A stretch of 64,000 nt of DNA from Verrucomicrobiota bacterium (GTDB lineage: Bacteria; Verrucomicrobiota; Verrucomicrobiia; Limisphaerales; AAA164-E04), in the NCBI GenBank assembly GCA_047947115.1, contig CP170459.1, forward strand, positions 1,216,001-1,280,000. The letters run 5' to 3'. Below the pieces are notes generated by a model, which had not been told where the DNA came from, did no database searches, and was given only the letters and a program-made list of their open reading frames with translations. This document shows, piece by piece, positions 1 to 9,300 of the stretch. The stretch's first letter is position 1; each line of letters begins with the position of its first letter. Position numbers and translations under genes: made by a program.

Positions 1-1095
1 GTCCATCGCGTTTTCATCAAGGTTATTGTAGAAGGCGAACAACTGGTAAAAATCCTTTTGAGTGATGGGATCGAATTTATGGTCGTGACATTGACTGCAA
101 CCGGTGGTCAAACCCATCCAGACGGTGCCTAAAGTGCTGATCCGGTCGATGCCGTAGCGTACTGCGAATTCTTGCGCGATGGCGCCGCCTTCGCTTGTGG
201 TGACATTGCAGCGGTTGAAACCGGTGGCCACCAGTTGATCCAGATTCGGTTCGGGCAGGAGATCGCCGGCGAGTTGTTCGATGGTGAATTGATCGAACGG
301 CATGTTATCGTTCAAAGCCTCGACCACCCAATCACGGTAGGGCCAGATGGCGCGTTCGTTGTCCAGGTGCAGACCATGTGTGTCGCCGTATCGGGCTGCA
401 TCCAGCCAGAAACGGGCGCGGTGTTCTCCGTATTTCTTTGATTTCAAAAGGCGATCAACCAATGCCTCATATGCGTCAGCCGATGTGTCCTTCAGGAAGG
501 CTTCCACTTCTCCGGGGCTCGGGGGCAGTCCGGTCAATGTCAGGTAGGCGCGTCGGACCAACGTTTCAGGGGAAGCTTCAGTTTGGGGTTCCAATCCCTG
601 TTCGTTGAGCTTTTCCATGATGAAAGCATCGATCGGATTTTTCCCCCATTTTCCATTGCCTGCTTCGGGGACGTTTGTGCGCACAGGAGGTGCAAAAGCC
701 CAATGATCTTCATAAGCCCCTCCTTCGGAAATCCAGCGGCGGAAGGTTGCCAGATCCTCGGGTGAAAGGGGATTCTTGGCATCGGGCGGCGGCATCAGAT
801 CGTCCTTATCAGTGATGATCAGGCGGCGATAGAACTCACTTTCATCCGGTTTCCCCGAGACGATGGCCGCATATCCACCCAGGTCGGCATAAGCCCCTTC
901 CCGCGTGTCGAGTCGTAGATCGGCTTCACGTTGCGCTTTGTCGGGGCCGTGGCAGCTGACGCAGTATTTGGAAATCAACGGGCGTATGTCAGAGCTGAAG
1001 GAGAGTGGTTTTTCAGCGGCAAGACCGGCCCCTAGCGGAACCAGCCAGCCAGACAAAACCATCCACGGGAGAATGAGATGTTGAATTGTTTTCAT
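1..1095 (-). CDS. PSD1/planctomycete cytochrome C domain protein (PSCyt1 + DUF1549), 3' end runs off window
   Basis: Manual translation from ATG at 1095: signal peptide MKTIQHLILPWMVLSGWL, CVSCHG heme motif, HWAF, LTGLPP, YGEHRARFWLDAARYGDTHG, WPYRDWVV, GCSQCHDHKFDP; open to base 1. Confidence 0.9.
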   Translation of the reverse strand, partial: MKTIQHLILPWMVLSGWLVPLGAGLAAEKPLSFSSDIRPLISKYCVSCHGPDKAQREADLRLDTREGAYADLGGYAAIVSGKPDESEFYRRLIITDKDDLMPPPDAKNPLSPEDLATFRRWISEGGAYEDHWAFAPPVRTNVPEAGNGKWGKNPIDAFIMEKLNEQGLEPQTEASPETLVRRAYLTLTGLPPSPGEVEAFLKDTSADAYEALVDRLLKSKKYGEHRARFWLDAARYGDTHGLHLDNERAIWPYRDWVVEALNDNMPFDQFTIEQLAGDLLPEPNLDQLVATGFNRCNVTTSEGGAIAQEFAVRYGIDRISTLGTVWMGLTTGCSQCHDHKFDPITQKDFYQLFAFYNNLDENAMD

Positions 1096-1163
1096 GGATT
1101 TGACGGATAATTATGCTTTAGTAAAAACTGATCGCATGCGCGCATCTTGTCAAAGATTACACT

Positions 1164-2309
1164 TCAGTTGTTGGGATTCGCAACGGGTTCTCCCGTGAAC
1201 GGAATCAACAGGTCATTGGTAATCAATCTGGGCGTAAGCATGTTCAGGGAAACGGATGCCTTGATGCGATAAAACTGTGCCATTGTTGGTTTGAAGACTT
1301 TGATGGCCAATGGGTCTTGTATCAGTGTCCAGTCGCTGGATTCCGAGAAAGGGCCGTTAATGGTTTCGGAAGTTTCCAGGTGAATGGTTTGAACCGGGTT
1401 GGGGAAGGCCTCGATGGTTTCTTTAATCCAGTCGAATCGGTAGGAAAGGCGGGTGCCCCAGATGTTCGTTGGGATATCCTCATCCTGATCCTCAAAGAAC
1501 TCGAAGAACTCTTCCTGCTGGCTATCTTCACTTTTTTGCAAGAAGAACCCTCCCACATCCAGCATGTTTGCGAAGAATGCTTCATCGTCCTCCGTTTTCT
1601 TGAACTTTCCACCGGCTCCGAAGTTCACGGCGGCCAATTTCCAGACATTGCCTTGTCTCAAAAACATGCCGCCTCCGGAATCGCATGAAGCCAGGCCCGC
1701 TTCGCTGGGGAGTCCGTTGCGGTCGAATGTCGCCCCGATGAGTTCACCGAGTTTTCTGGGTTCCGTATCCTCGACTCCCGCGATTTGATCCACGATGTTT
1801 TCACCCCAACGCATGAATCCGCCACCTTGACCCTGACGCCAGCCACGCACTTCCGATCCGAGCAGCACGGGTTCGCCACGCTGTTCGCCACGCCCAAAGA
1901 TCAGCAGTCTTTTTCCTATTTCGTCTTTGCGCTGGTAAATTTCCGCGAATGCTGGAAATGGTTCCGAAACCCCCCACAAGGCGAGGTCGGTTTCCGGATC
2001 CAATACACGTGCCACTGATGTGTAGGATTTACCCTGAAAGGTAAACACATCGCCGACAAATCCGCCAATGTGCTTGGCGGTCAAAAACCATTGGGGCGCG
2101 ATAGGGGTTCCCTGACAGGTTTTCCAGGTTCCCTGAAGATGCCAGGCCTTGGCTTCGGCTGGGTTGGATGGAGGCGTGGTGTTGTGGTCGGGATCTCCCG
2201 TGTTGACGAAGATGACGGCCGACAAGGAAAAGGTGGTAATGAAAAGCAATAAGCAGAGCCCCTGAAGTCGAAAGGGCGTGGCTCTCGTTAATTTCTTGCT
2301 CGGCATCAT
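1164..2309 (-). CDS. Secreted trypsin-like (S1) serine protease with C-terminal FYR-type domain
   Basis: Signal peptide; FLTAKH (His), DLAL (Asp), SCDSGGG (Ser). Start probably at MMPSKK (2309), because 2372 overlaps the divergent gene. Confidence 0.7.
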   Translation of the reverse strand: MMPSKKLTRATPFRLQGLCLLLFITTFSLSAVIFVNTGDPDHNTTPPSNPAEAKAWHLQGTWKTCQGTPIAPQWFLTAKHIGGFVGDVFTFQGKSYTSVARVLDPETDLALWGVSEPFPAFAEIYQRKDEIGKRLLIFGRGEQRGEPVLLGSEVRGWRQGQGGGFMRWGENIVDQIAGVEDTEPRKLGELIGATFDRNGLPSEAGLASCDSGGGMFLRQGNVWKLAAVNFGAGGKFKKTEDDEAFFANMLDVGGFFLQKSEDSQQEEFFEFFEDQDEDIPTNIWGTRLSYRFDWIKETIEAFPNPVQTIHLETSETINGPFSESSDWTLIQDPLAIKVFKPTMAQFYRIKASVSLNMLTPRLITNDLLIPFTGEPVANPNN

Positions 2310-2357
2310 TATATTTCCTAGCCTCCTCTTTCCCAATTTGGTGATAAAAATCAACAC

Positions 2358-3155
2358 ATGGACAACATGCAATCAAGTGTTCCACAACCCACGCGTTGTT
2401 TCAAGAAGGACGATTTGAACGTCGAAGTATTTGCGTCACAGCCAGAAATGGCTCTCAATGCCGCGCACACGGTGCGCGAGTACCTGATCGAACGCATCGA
2501 ATCCAACGGAGCCGTGCGAGCCATCCTCGCCACCGGTAACTCCCAGATCCAGTTTTTAAAAACCTTGATCGACCTCGGGGGTGTCGACTGGTCGAAGGTC
2601 ACCTTGTTCCACATGGATGAATATCTTGGCATATCGGCCACTCACAAAGCGAGCTTCCGGCTCTACATGAAAGAGCGGGTGGAAAGCCTGGTGAATCCTC
2701 AGCACTTTCATTACCTCGAGGGAGACGCGCCACTTCCTCTGGATGAGTGTGAACGCTACTCAGGTTTGTTGAAAGAAGGACCTATAGATTTATGTTGTCT
2801 CGGTGTCGGCGAGAACGGACACATTGCTTTCAATGACCCGCCCGTGGCGGATCTCGATGACCCACATTTCGTGAAATTGGTCAAATTGGACGACGCCTGC
2901 AAAATACAACAGGTCAACGAAGGTCATTTTCCTAGTCTTGAAGCCGTTCCGCCTTATGCCTTCACCCTGACCATTCCCGCGCTCTGTTCTGCTCAAAAAA
3001 TGATTTGTCTCAGCCCGGAAACCCGCAAGGCCAAAGCCATTCAGGCAGCCTTGGAAGGTGAAATCGGCACGGCATGTCCAGCCTCAGCGTTGAGACGTCA
3101 ACCGCAAGCCACCTTGTATTTGGACGGAGATTCGTCGGCCTTGTTGTCGTCCTAG
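2358..3155 (+). CDS. nagB: Glucosamine-6-phosphate deaminase family protein
   Basis: ILATGNSQ, FHMDEY, LGVGENGHIAFNDPP, CPASALRRQ motifs. Confidence 0.85.
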   Translation: MDNMQSSVPQPTRCFKKDDLNVEVFASQPEMALNAAHTVREYLIERIESNGAVRAILATGNSQIQFLKTLIDLGGVDWSKVTLFHMDEYLGISATHKASFRLYMKERVESLVNPQHFHYLEGDAPLPLDECERYSGLLKEGPIDLCCLGVGENGHIAFNDPPVADLDDPHFVKLVKLDDACKIQQVNEGHFPSLEAVPPYAFTLTIPALCSAQKMICLSPETRKAKAIQAALEGEIGTACPASALRRQPQATLYLDGDSSALLSS

Positions 3156-3227
3156 TTTGTTCGCTTCGGTTCGATGGCTCGAACCTGGGAAGCATTTTCA
3201 ACAGACTGATCATGACCAGAAAGAAAC

Positions 3228-4349
3228 ATGAAGCGTTGTAGCATATCCAAATGTTTCTTTCTGGTTGCGGTGCTCGTCTGCATGGAATTTTCACCACTTG
3301 GTGCGGAGGACGTACCTGAGTTGTTGAGGCCATTCGCAGGCCCTCCTGCCTCCTTCAAGGTGGAAAACACGAAATATCCCAGTCCCCTTGAGCTTGAAAA
3401 CGGTACAAAGGTTCAAGATAAGGAAGAGTGGACCGAGCGCCGAAAGGAAATTCGCGACAACTGGATGCAGTTGATGGGCCCATGGCCGCCGTTGCTCAGC
3501 GAGGGATCCCTGGAACTGGGCGAAGTGCGGGTTAAGGATGGATATCTCGAACAACGTATCCATCTCGACATTGCTCCGAACCAAAAAGCCGCCGGGTGGT
3601 TGCTACTGCCGGAAGGCGATGGACCGTTTCCCTCCGTGCTGGTGGTGTTTTATGATCCTGAAACCAGCATAGGACTCAAGGCTGACAAACCCGGACGTGA
3701 TTTTGGAAGACTGCTTGTCCGCGAAGGCATCGCCACACTGAACATCGGTACCCCCGGAGGAAACGCCTGGAAACCGGACATCGGCAAGGCAAGCTGCCAA
3801 CCACTCTCCTTCCACGCCTACGTCGCGGCCAACGCATGGCATGCCATGGCCAAGCACCCGAAGCTGGATCCGGAACGGATCGGGGTGACCGGTCACAGTT
3901 ACGGCGGGAAATGGGCCATGTTTGCCGCTGCGCTTTGGGATCGATTTGCAGCGGTGGCCGTCAGTGATCCCGGCATCATGTTCGATGAAACACGTCCCAA
4001 TGTGAACTATTGGGAACCCTGGTATCTTGGGCTCGATCCCAATATGCGACGCCCCAAAGCAGGAGTCCCGACAAAAGACAACCCACGCACCGGAGCTTAC
4101 AAAACCATGATCGAACGCGGAATGGACCTGCATGAGATCCATGCTTTGATTGCTCCCCGCCCGTTTCTGGTATCCGGTGGAAGTGAAGACAAGGTCGAGC
4201 GTTGGCACGGATTGCATCACCTCGTGCAGATCAACCAAATGCTGGGTAAACAGGATCGTGTATTCATGACCTTGCGTGACGGACACGGTCCAACCCCGGA
4301 ATCCAATGATCAGTTGGCGGCCTTCTTCCAACATTTCCTGAAGCCGTGA
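3228..4349 (+). CDS. Secreted alpha/beta hydrolase (dienelactone hydrolase/esterase-like)
   Basis: Signal peptide; GHSYGGK nucleophile elbow; LIAPRPFL; C-terminal His (DGHGP). Confidence 0.8.
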   Translation: MKRCSISKCFFLVAVLVCMEFSPLGAEDVPELLRPFAGPPASFKVENTKYPSPLELENGTKVQDKEEWTERRKEIRDNWMQLMGPWPPLLSEGSLELGEVRVKDGYLEQRIHLDIAPNQKAAGWLLLPEGDGPFPSVLVVFYDPETSIGLKADKPGRDFGRLLVREGIATLNIGTPGGNAWKPDIGKASCQPLSFHAYVAANAWHAMAKHPKLDPERIGVTGHSYGGKWAMFAAALWDRFAAVAVSDPGIMFDETRPNVNYWEPWYLGLDPNMRRPKAGVPTKDNPRTGAYKTMIERGMDLHEIHALIAPRPFLVSGGSEDKVERWHGLHHLVQINQMLGKQDRVFMTLRDGHGPTPESNDQLAAFFQHFLKP

Positions 4350-4587
4350 CAATAGCCATTCCTGATTGTTAAACAAAACCTTCGCACAAGACAGGCTTTG
4401 TTTAATTGAACGGAGCAGGGGAGGGGACTTGTCCATCATCCACAGACCGACGATCTTCTTTTGGTGAATTCAAAACCACCAGGTGCGGCAGCATCATAAA
4501 CAAAACTCTTGGAGTATTGTTTCCAGTTCCCCACTGGTCTCACTGTTTGCAGACATACCAAAATTGGCTGTCAGGCGTAAAATAGTT

Positions 4588-4627
4588 ACGAAAATGCGAC
4601 TTTCGTAACCAAAACGCGACATTTTAT
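4588..4627. promoter_or_regulatory. Tandem 20-bp imperfect direct repeat with overlapping palindrome; candidate regulator binding site
   Basis: ACGAAAATGCGACTTTCGTA / ACCAAAACGCGACATTTTAT; GTTACGAAA..TTTCGTAAC palindrome; near-identical motif at 53565-53583. Confidence 0.45.
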
Positions 4628-4676
4628 TTCAAATGAGAAATTTTTGAAAATTTTTGACCCCTGATGTCAAAAAAAT

Positions 4677-6024
4677 GGTTCTTCGACAATTCCAGTGGAA
4701 TTAAATTAAGCCGGGATTCTGAGTTTGCCGGCTACAAAGTAAAGCATAGTGATCATGTATACGGATGAGCTAAAACCTCTGGCCTTCCGCTTGACCGCGC
4801 TGAAAACGCTATTCAATCCTTCCATGAACGCTGTGGTCAGTTTCTTTTTCCAATGAGCAAGTATACCTTCCAAGTGACGTTCAATACTGTTTGCCACCTT
4901 GATCATTGGTTCCAACAAGTCCCCTGAATTTTTCGCCCTTCGTTTTACCCATCCTATCCATTTGACCATGTTTTTTCGCGCTGTAACCTCATTGCGACTG
5001 CGATAGACTTGTTGGAAATTTAATCGCATCTGGTAGGCGATTCCGGTTACTAAATTCTTCAAATCCAATTCCTCTAGCTGCTGGGTTTGACTCTTGGTTA
5101 GATTGGAGGGATTTTTACGAAATATCCAACGACTTGCTTTGAGCTCCTTTTTGGAATCCTTGTCTCCTTGATTTGCTTCGGCTTTGCGCACTTTATCGAC
5201 TGCGTCATTGACCATGGCCACAGCATGATACTTGTCGAATACAATCTCTGCGTTGCCTAGATTCTCCCTTACTCCCTTTTGATAGGCCGGACTCATATCG
5301 ATGGCAACTTGAGTGATCGCTTTTGGATGTCCGTTGTGCGCATATAACGCATCTGCAAAGCGTTGGAATGTTTCAGCGTCTTTGCCCTCGGTGGCAAAAA
5401 TGACTCGCTTCTCCATCAAATCAGCAAACACCGTCAGGTAATCATGCCCTTTGCGTGCAGACAATTCGTCCGCACCGATCCAAACCACTTCACTCATATC
5501 CAACTTTGAATAAGCTTCGTCGACATGGGCAAAAAGAATGCGCCACATGCGTTGATCACACTCTCCAATCAGTCCTGATGCTTTACTAACTGGCATCTCC
5601 CTCATCAACGCCAATGCAAATCCTTCAAAAGCTTGAGTAAAATGTTTTCCCTTACCCTCCCAGGGGACTTTAACCCGATAGGTTCGGTGACAAGATGGGC
5701 ATTTGCCGCGAGGCACATTGCAGAGAATTTCAGATCGTTTTCCAAATACATCCATATGTCGCCAAGACCTTGTTTCGGTGTGATCGTAACAGGTAATCCC
5801 AGACGATTTGCAGGTCTGATGGGGACAAACTTGTTTCTCCCAGAGTTTGTCAGTTTCAGTAATAACCATGAAAAACTTTTCCGTCTCAGAATCGTAGTCA
5901 ACGCCTCGAACTTTCCAACACTCATCTAGCCCCAGCAATCCATGTATGGTCTTCTCAATATTCATGGAGCCATCATCTCACGATAGTTCCAAATGCTCAA
6001 TTCCACTGTTTTTGTCGAAGAACC
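4677..6024 (-). mobile_element. ISL3-family insertion sequence, apparently intact (1348 bp)
   Basis: 26-bp IRs GGTTCTTCGACAATTCCAGTGGAATT / GGTTCTTCGACAAAAACAGTGGAATT (3 mismatches); 8-bp TSD AAAAAAAT at 4669-4676 and 6025-6032. Confidence 0.95.
4706..5965 (-). CDS. ISL3-family transposase
   Basis: N-terminal zinc finger (CPHQTC, CPSC), VPW, IGADE, IDMSPAY, IVFDKYH, TTAFMEGLNS, KRKARGF. Confidence 0.95.
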   Translation of the reverse strand: MNIEKTIHGLLGLDECWKVRGVDYDSETEKFFMVITETDKLWEKQVCPHQTCKSSGITCYDHTETRSWRHMDVFGKRSEILCNVPRGKCPSCHRTYRVKVPWEGKGKHFTQAFEGFALALMREMPVSKASGLIGECDQRMWRILFAHVDEAYSKLDMSEVVWIGADELSARKGHDYLTVFADLMEKRVIFATEGKDAETFQRFADALYAHNGHPKAITQVAIDMSPAYQKGVRENLGNAEIVFDKYHAVAMVNDAVDKVRKAEANQGDKDSKKELKASRWIFRKNPSNLTKSQTQQLEELDLKNLVTGIAYQMRLNFQQVYRSRNEVTARKNMVKWIGWVKRRAKNSGDLLEPMIKVANSIERHLEGILAHWKKKLTTAFMEGLNSVFSAVKRKARGFSSSVYMITMLYFVAGKLRIPA

Positions 6025-6371
6025 AAAAAAATACGCATTTATGTGTGTGGGATTGTGTTTATCGCCTTGGTGCATCCATGCCACATTCTGATTGATGCCA
6101 AAAAATGCATGTTTATAGACAAAAATGCAACGATTAGAGATTTGTGGAAATTTTTTTGAACTTTTAATTCTCTAAGCTTTCAAAGTTACAATTAACAGAT
6201 GCAAAACACAAATTTGTTAATGATGTTCGTTTTTATGGCATGAGGTTTGCTATTGAATTAGATAAAAAATACCTAAAACCCGACATCTAAAGATCGTTAA
6301 TCAATTGTTCCACTGTAAATAACGTTGTTGAGATAAAAAAATACCACAAGAATATCCAGCCCATTACAAAT

Positions 6372-9300
6372 ATGAGTAACAAAAACTTTTCCTTCTCAAA
6401 GATCAGAGCATACATCTCTGGTATTGGCGTAATTTTTACGTTTTTAATTTGTTTTCTTGTGTATGTGCATTCTCAGGAACGCAACATTGAAGATCTCTTT
6501 CCAGCGGATTTGCCGACCCAGTCACGATTAGTGCGTTCTGGCGATGTAGTGAAGGGGGATTTTCATGCTGTAGGGCACCTGGAGCCCAGCAATGAGGAAA
6601 CGCTCGAATTGGGAATTCTGATCGGAGACGATGAAAGATTGCCTGGTGATATTGTCAGTCGATTGGAGAACTTCATTTCCAAATATCCCGATACAGCTTA
6701 TGGGCCATCTATCCGTAATCAGTTGGCTGCATTTTACAAACGATCTGGCCGATATCAAAGAGCAATGGATCATTGGGCGAGTAGCTGGGCTGCCACTGCA
6801 GATTTACAAACCAGGGAGGGCAAGAAAATCGCAGATGAGGCCGTTGCTCACTTGGCTCATCAGCTTGCAAGTTTGGGAGAAATCGAACTCCTGGAGAGAG
6901 TATTCGCAGAAACAGCCGGGCGAGTCCTGGACACAGATATATTTACTGAACTTTATCTACGATCCTGGGAAAAATACGGCCGGATGAAGCATAAACCTGA
7001 AACATCTTTCCTGTGTGGAGTTGTTGCTTTGGATAAGGTGGCGCATGCCATGAATGCTCAGCATGACCGTGGAAACCTGATGGCCACGCAAGGTAAAGTC
7101 GGAGGGTTTTCTCTGAGTGAATTGCAGGGCCTTTCAGAAGATTTCCAGCTCGGAATGAAAATGGTGTTCATGGAAAGCCCTAATGCGACCTTGATCGTGC
7201 CTTCTGTCATACACATGTCAGTCGGACACTACGCAGCCATTACCGATGTGATTCAAGATGGCTTCCGTGTGGAAGATCCAACCAATGGTCGGTACCGATG
7301 GCTGACTCAGGAGGAGATTCTGGAAGAAGCCAGTGGATTTTTATCGTTCCTGAAGAAGCAGACACAAGAGGCTACCGAACCGTTCGTGCGGGGGAAGGTG
7401 GGCAGATTTTTGGTAAAGGACAAACATTGTGTCCACCTCCCCCCGGCGAAGATCCAGGACAACCTTGTCCAGATGATCAATGCTGTCTTCCAGGAACATC
7501 ACCCAACAGGCATCCATCTAAACCCAAAATAAATAACAGCGGGCGAGGAGGAGAAGATGATGAAAACTGCGACGGTTGTGGACAAGACAGACACCATAAA
7601 GCCTATGGTATGGTTCACTGGCGTGTATCAGAGCCTCACCTGAATTTATGGTTATACGACATTCCGCTATCATATGCTCCTTCCAAAGGGCCAAAAGTGG
7701 AACTTGGGCTCAGCTTTCGGCAGCGAGCTGATGTTGAGTTCGATACTTATTACACTCGATCACACAGCTCTTTTTCTGACCGTTGGCACAGTTCCTGGCA
7801 CGCAGCTGCAGGTGATTGGAACGGAACCGAACACATAGTGTACCAGCCTGAAGGGCGGGTAGCCTTTTACACATTTCCATCTGGCTCCAACACCAGTAAC
7901 GCCAGTTATGTGGATAATGCGGTGCTGAAAAAATTCGTCAGTGCCGGTTATATCTACAAATATGAGCTACATCGTGCTGATGGAAGCATCTTGGTATTTG
8001 GTTTCGATTCAGGTGCTGCTGATGGACTGTATATGACTGAGATGATTGATCCGACAGGTGAGAAATTGACCTTTTCCTACGGCACAACTGATTCAGTCAA
8101 TTACCCCAACCGACTGGATAAAATAACTGATGCGGATGGAAATATCACTACACTTACCTATGCAGTAAGCGGGTATCCAAACCTTGTTTCAAGCGTTACA
8201 GCACCAGGTAGCCGCACGGTCAATTTCTCCTATACAACCTACTACCCCAGTAAAAAATTAACTGGAATTACCGATGTGGAAGGCATCACAAGTACTATCG
8301 CTTACAACTCATCTTCCGGGTATGCAAGCTCACTTGTAACCCCCTATGGAACGACCACATTTACTTACAACAATGTGGTTGCCCAGGACTATGATCGATG
8401 GGTAAAAATCAGTGAACCGGGAGGTTCCGGGCAGTGCTATCAACTTGTTGATTCCAATGCCAGCGGTATGTCTTCTACTTTTCTTACCAGTCAAAAGCCG
8501 GTTGTTTCAGGATCATTATTTGATGTTACAAATCGAGAGGATCACAATACGTTCCATTGGAATCGGCAGCAGTGGGCACAACAAGTATCTGCGGGACGTA
8601 CTACCCCTACGAACTTCGTTTGGTCGACTGATTTCAAGCGAGCTCGAATTCGCCATTGGCTGGTCGATTCAGATGGTCATTTGAACCACTCGTTGAGTCA
8701 CGAACAAGCTCCAAGCCCTAATGGAAGTACGGAAGGTCAGGTTATTTTTTATGATTACGCAGGGAAAAGTTCTTCAGACACATCCCTCATCGGCACTCAG
8801 ATACAGCCGAAAACAGTAGCCTACAAGCTTCCCAATGGAGAGACGTACTATGAAACCTATTCACGTAATTCGATAGGGAAGCCAACGGCTATTACAACCA
8901 CTTACACCTTATCCAATGGAAGTGTTGGCACTCGGACCAAAAATTTCACATATGCCTCAAACGGCATAGATATGCTTACAGAAAGTGATTTTAACGGGAA
9001 TGTTGTCAAGGAATGGACATGGAACAGCAAACACCAACCCCTGTCCTACAAATTGCATCCTGCCAGTGGCGTAACTTACACCAATACCTTCGAATATTAC
9101 ACTTCTGGTAATGGTATCAATCAGCTCTGGAAGATCATTACTCCCGCTGGCCAAACCCATACCTATTCCTATGGCTCTGACAAGCGTGTCACCAGTATCA
9201 ATTACAGTCCTTCTGGAGGAAGCGAGTATTTTTCCTGGCTCAATGGTAATCTACGCACACACGCAGATTTGCGGGGTTTGACCAAGACATTTACCTACGA

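Noticed and set aside
3603..4439. 278-aa minus-strand ORF
   Set aside because: Antisense shadow of the alpha/beta hydrolase; no motifs
7298..7342. MADSGG start as an independent RHS gene
   Set aside because: Lies inside the C39 coding region; better explained by the frameshift
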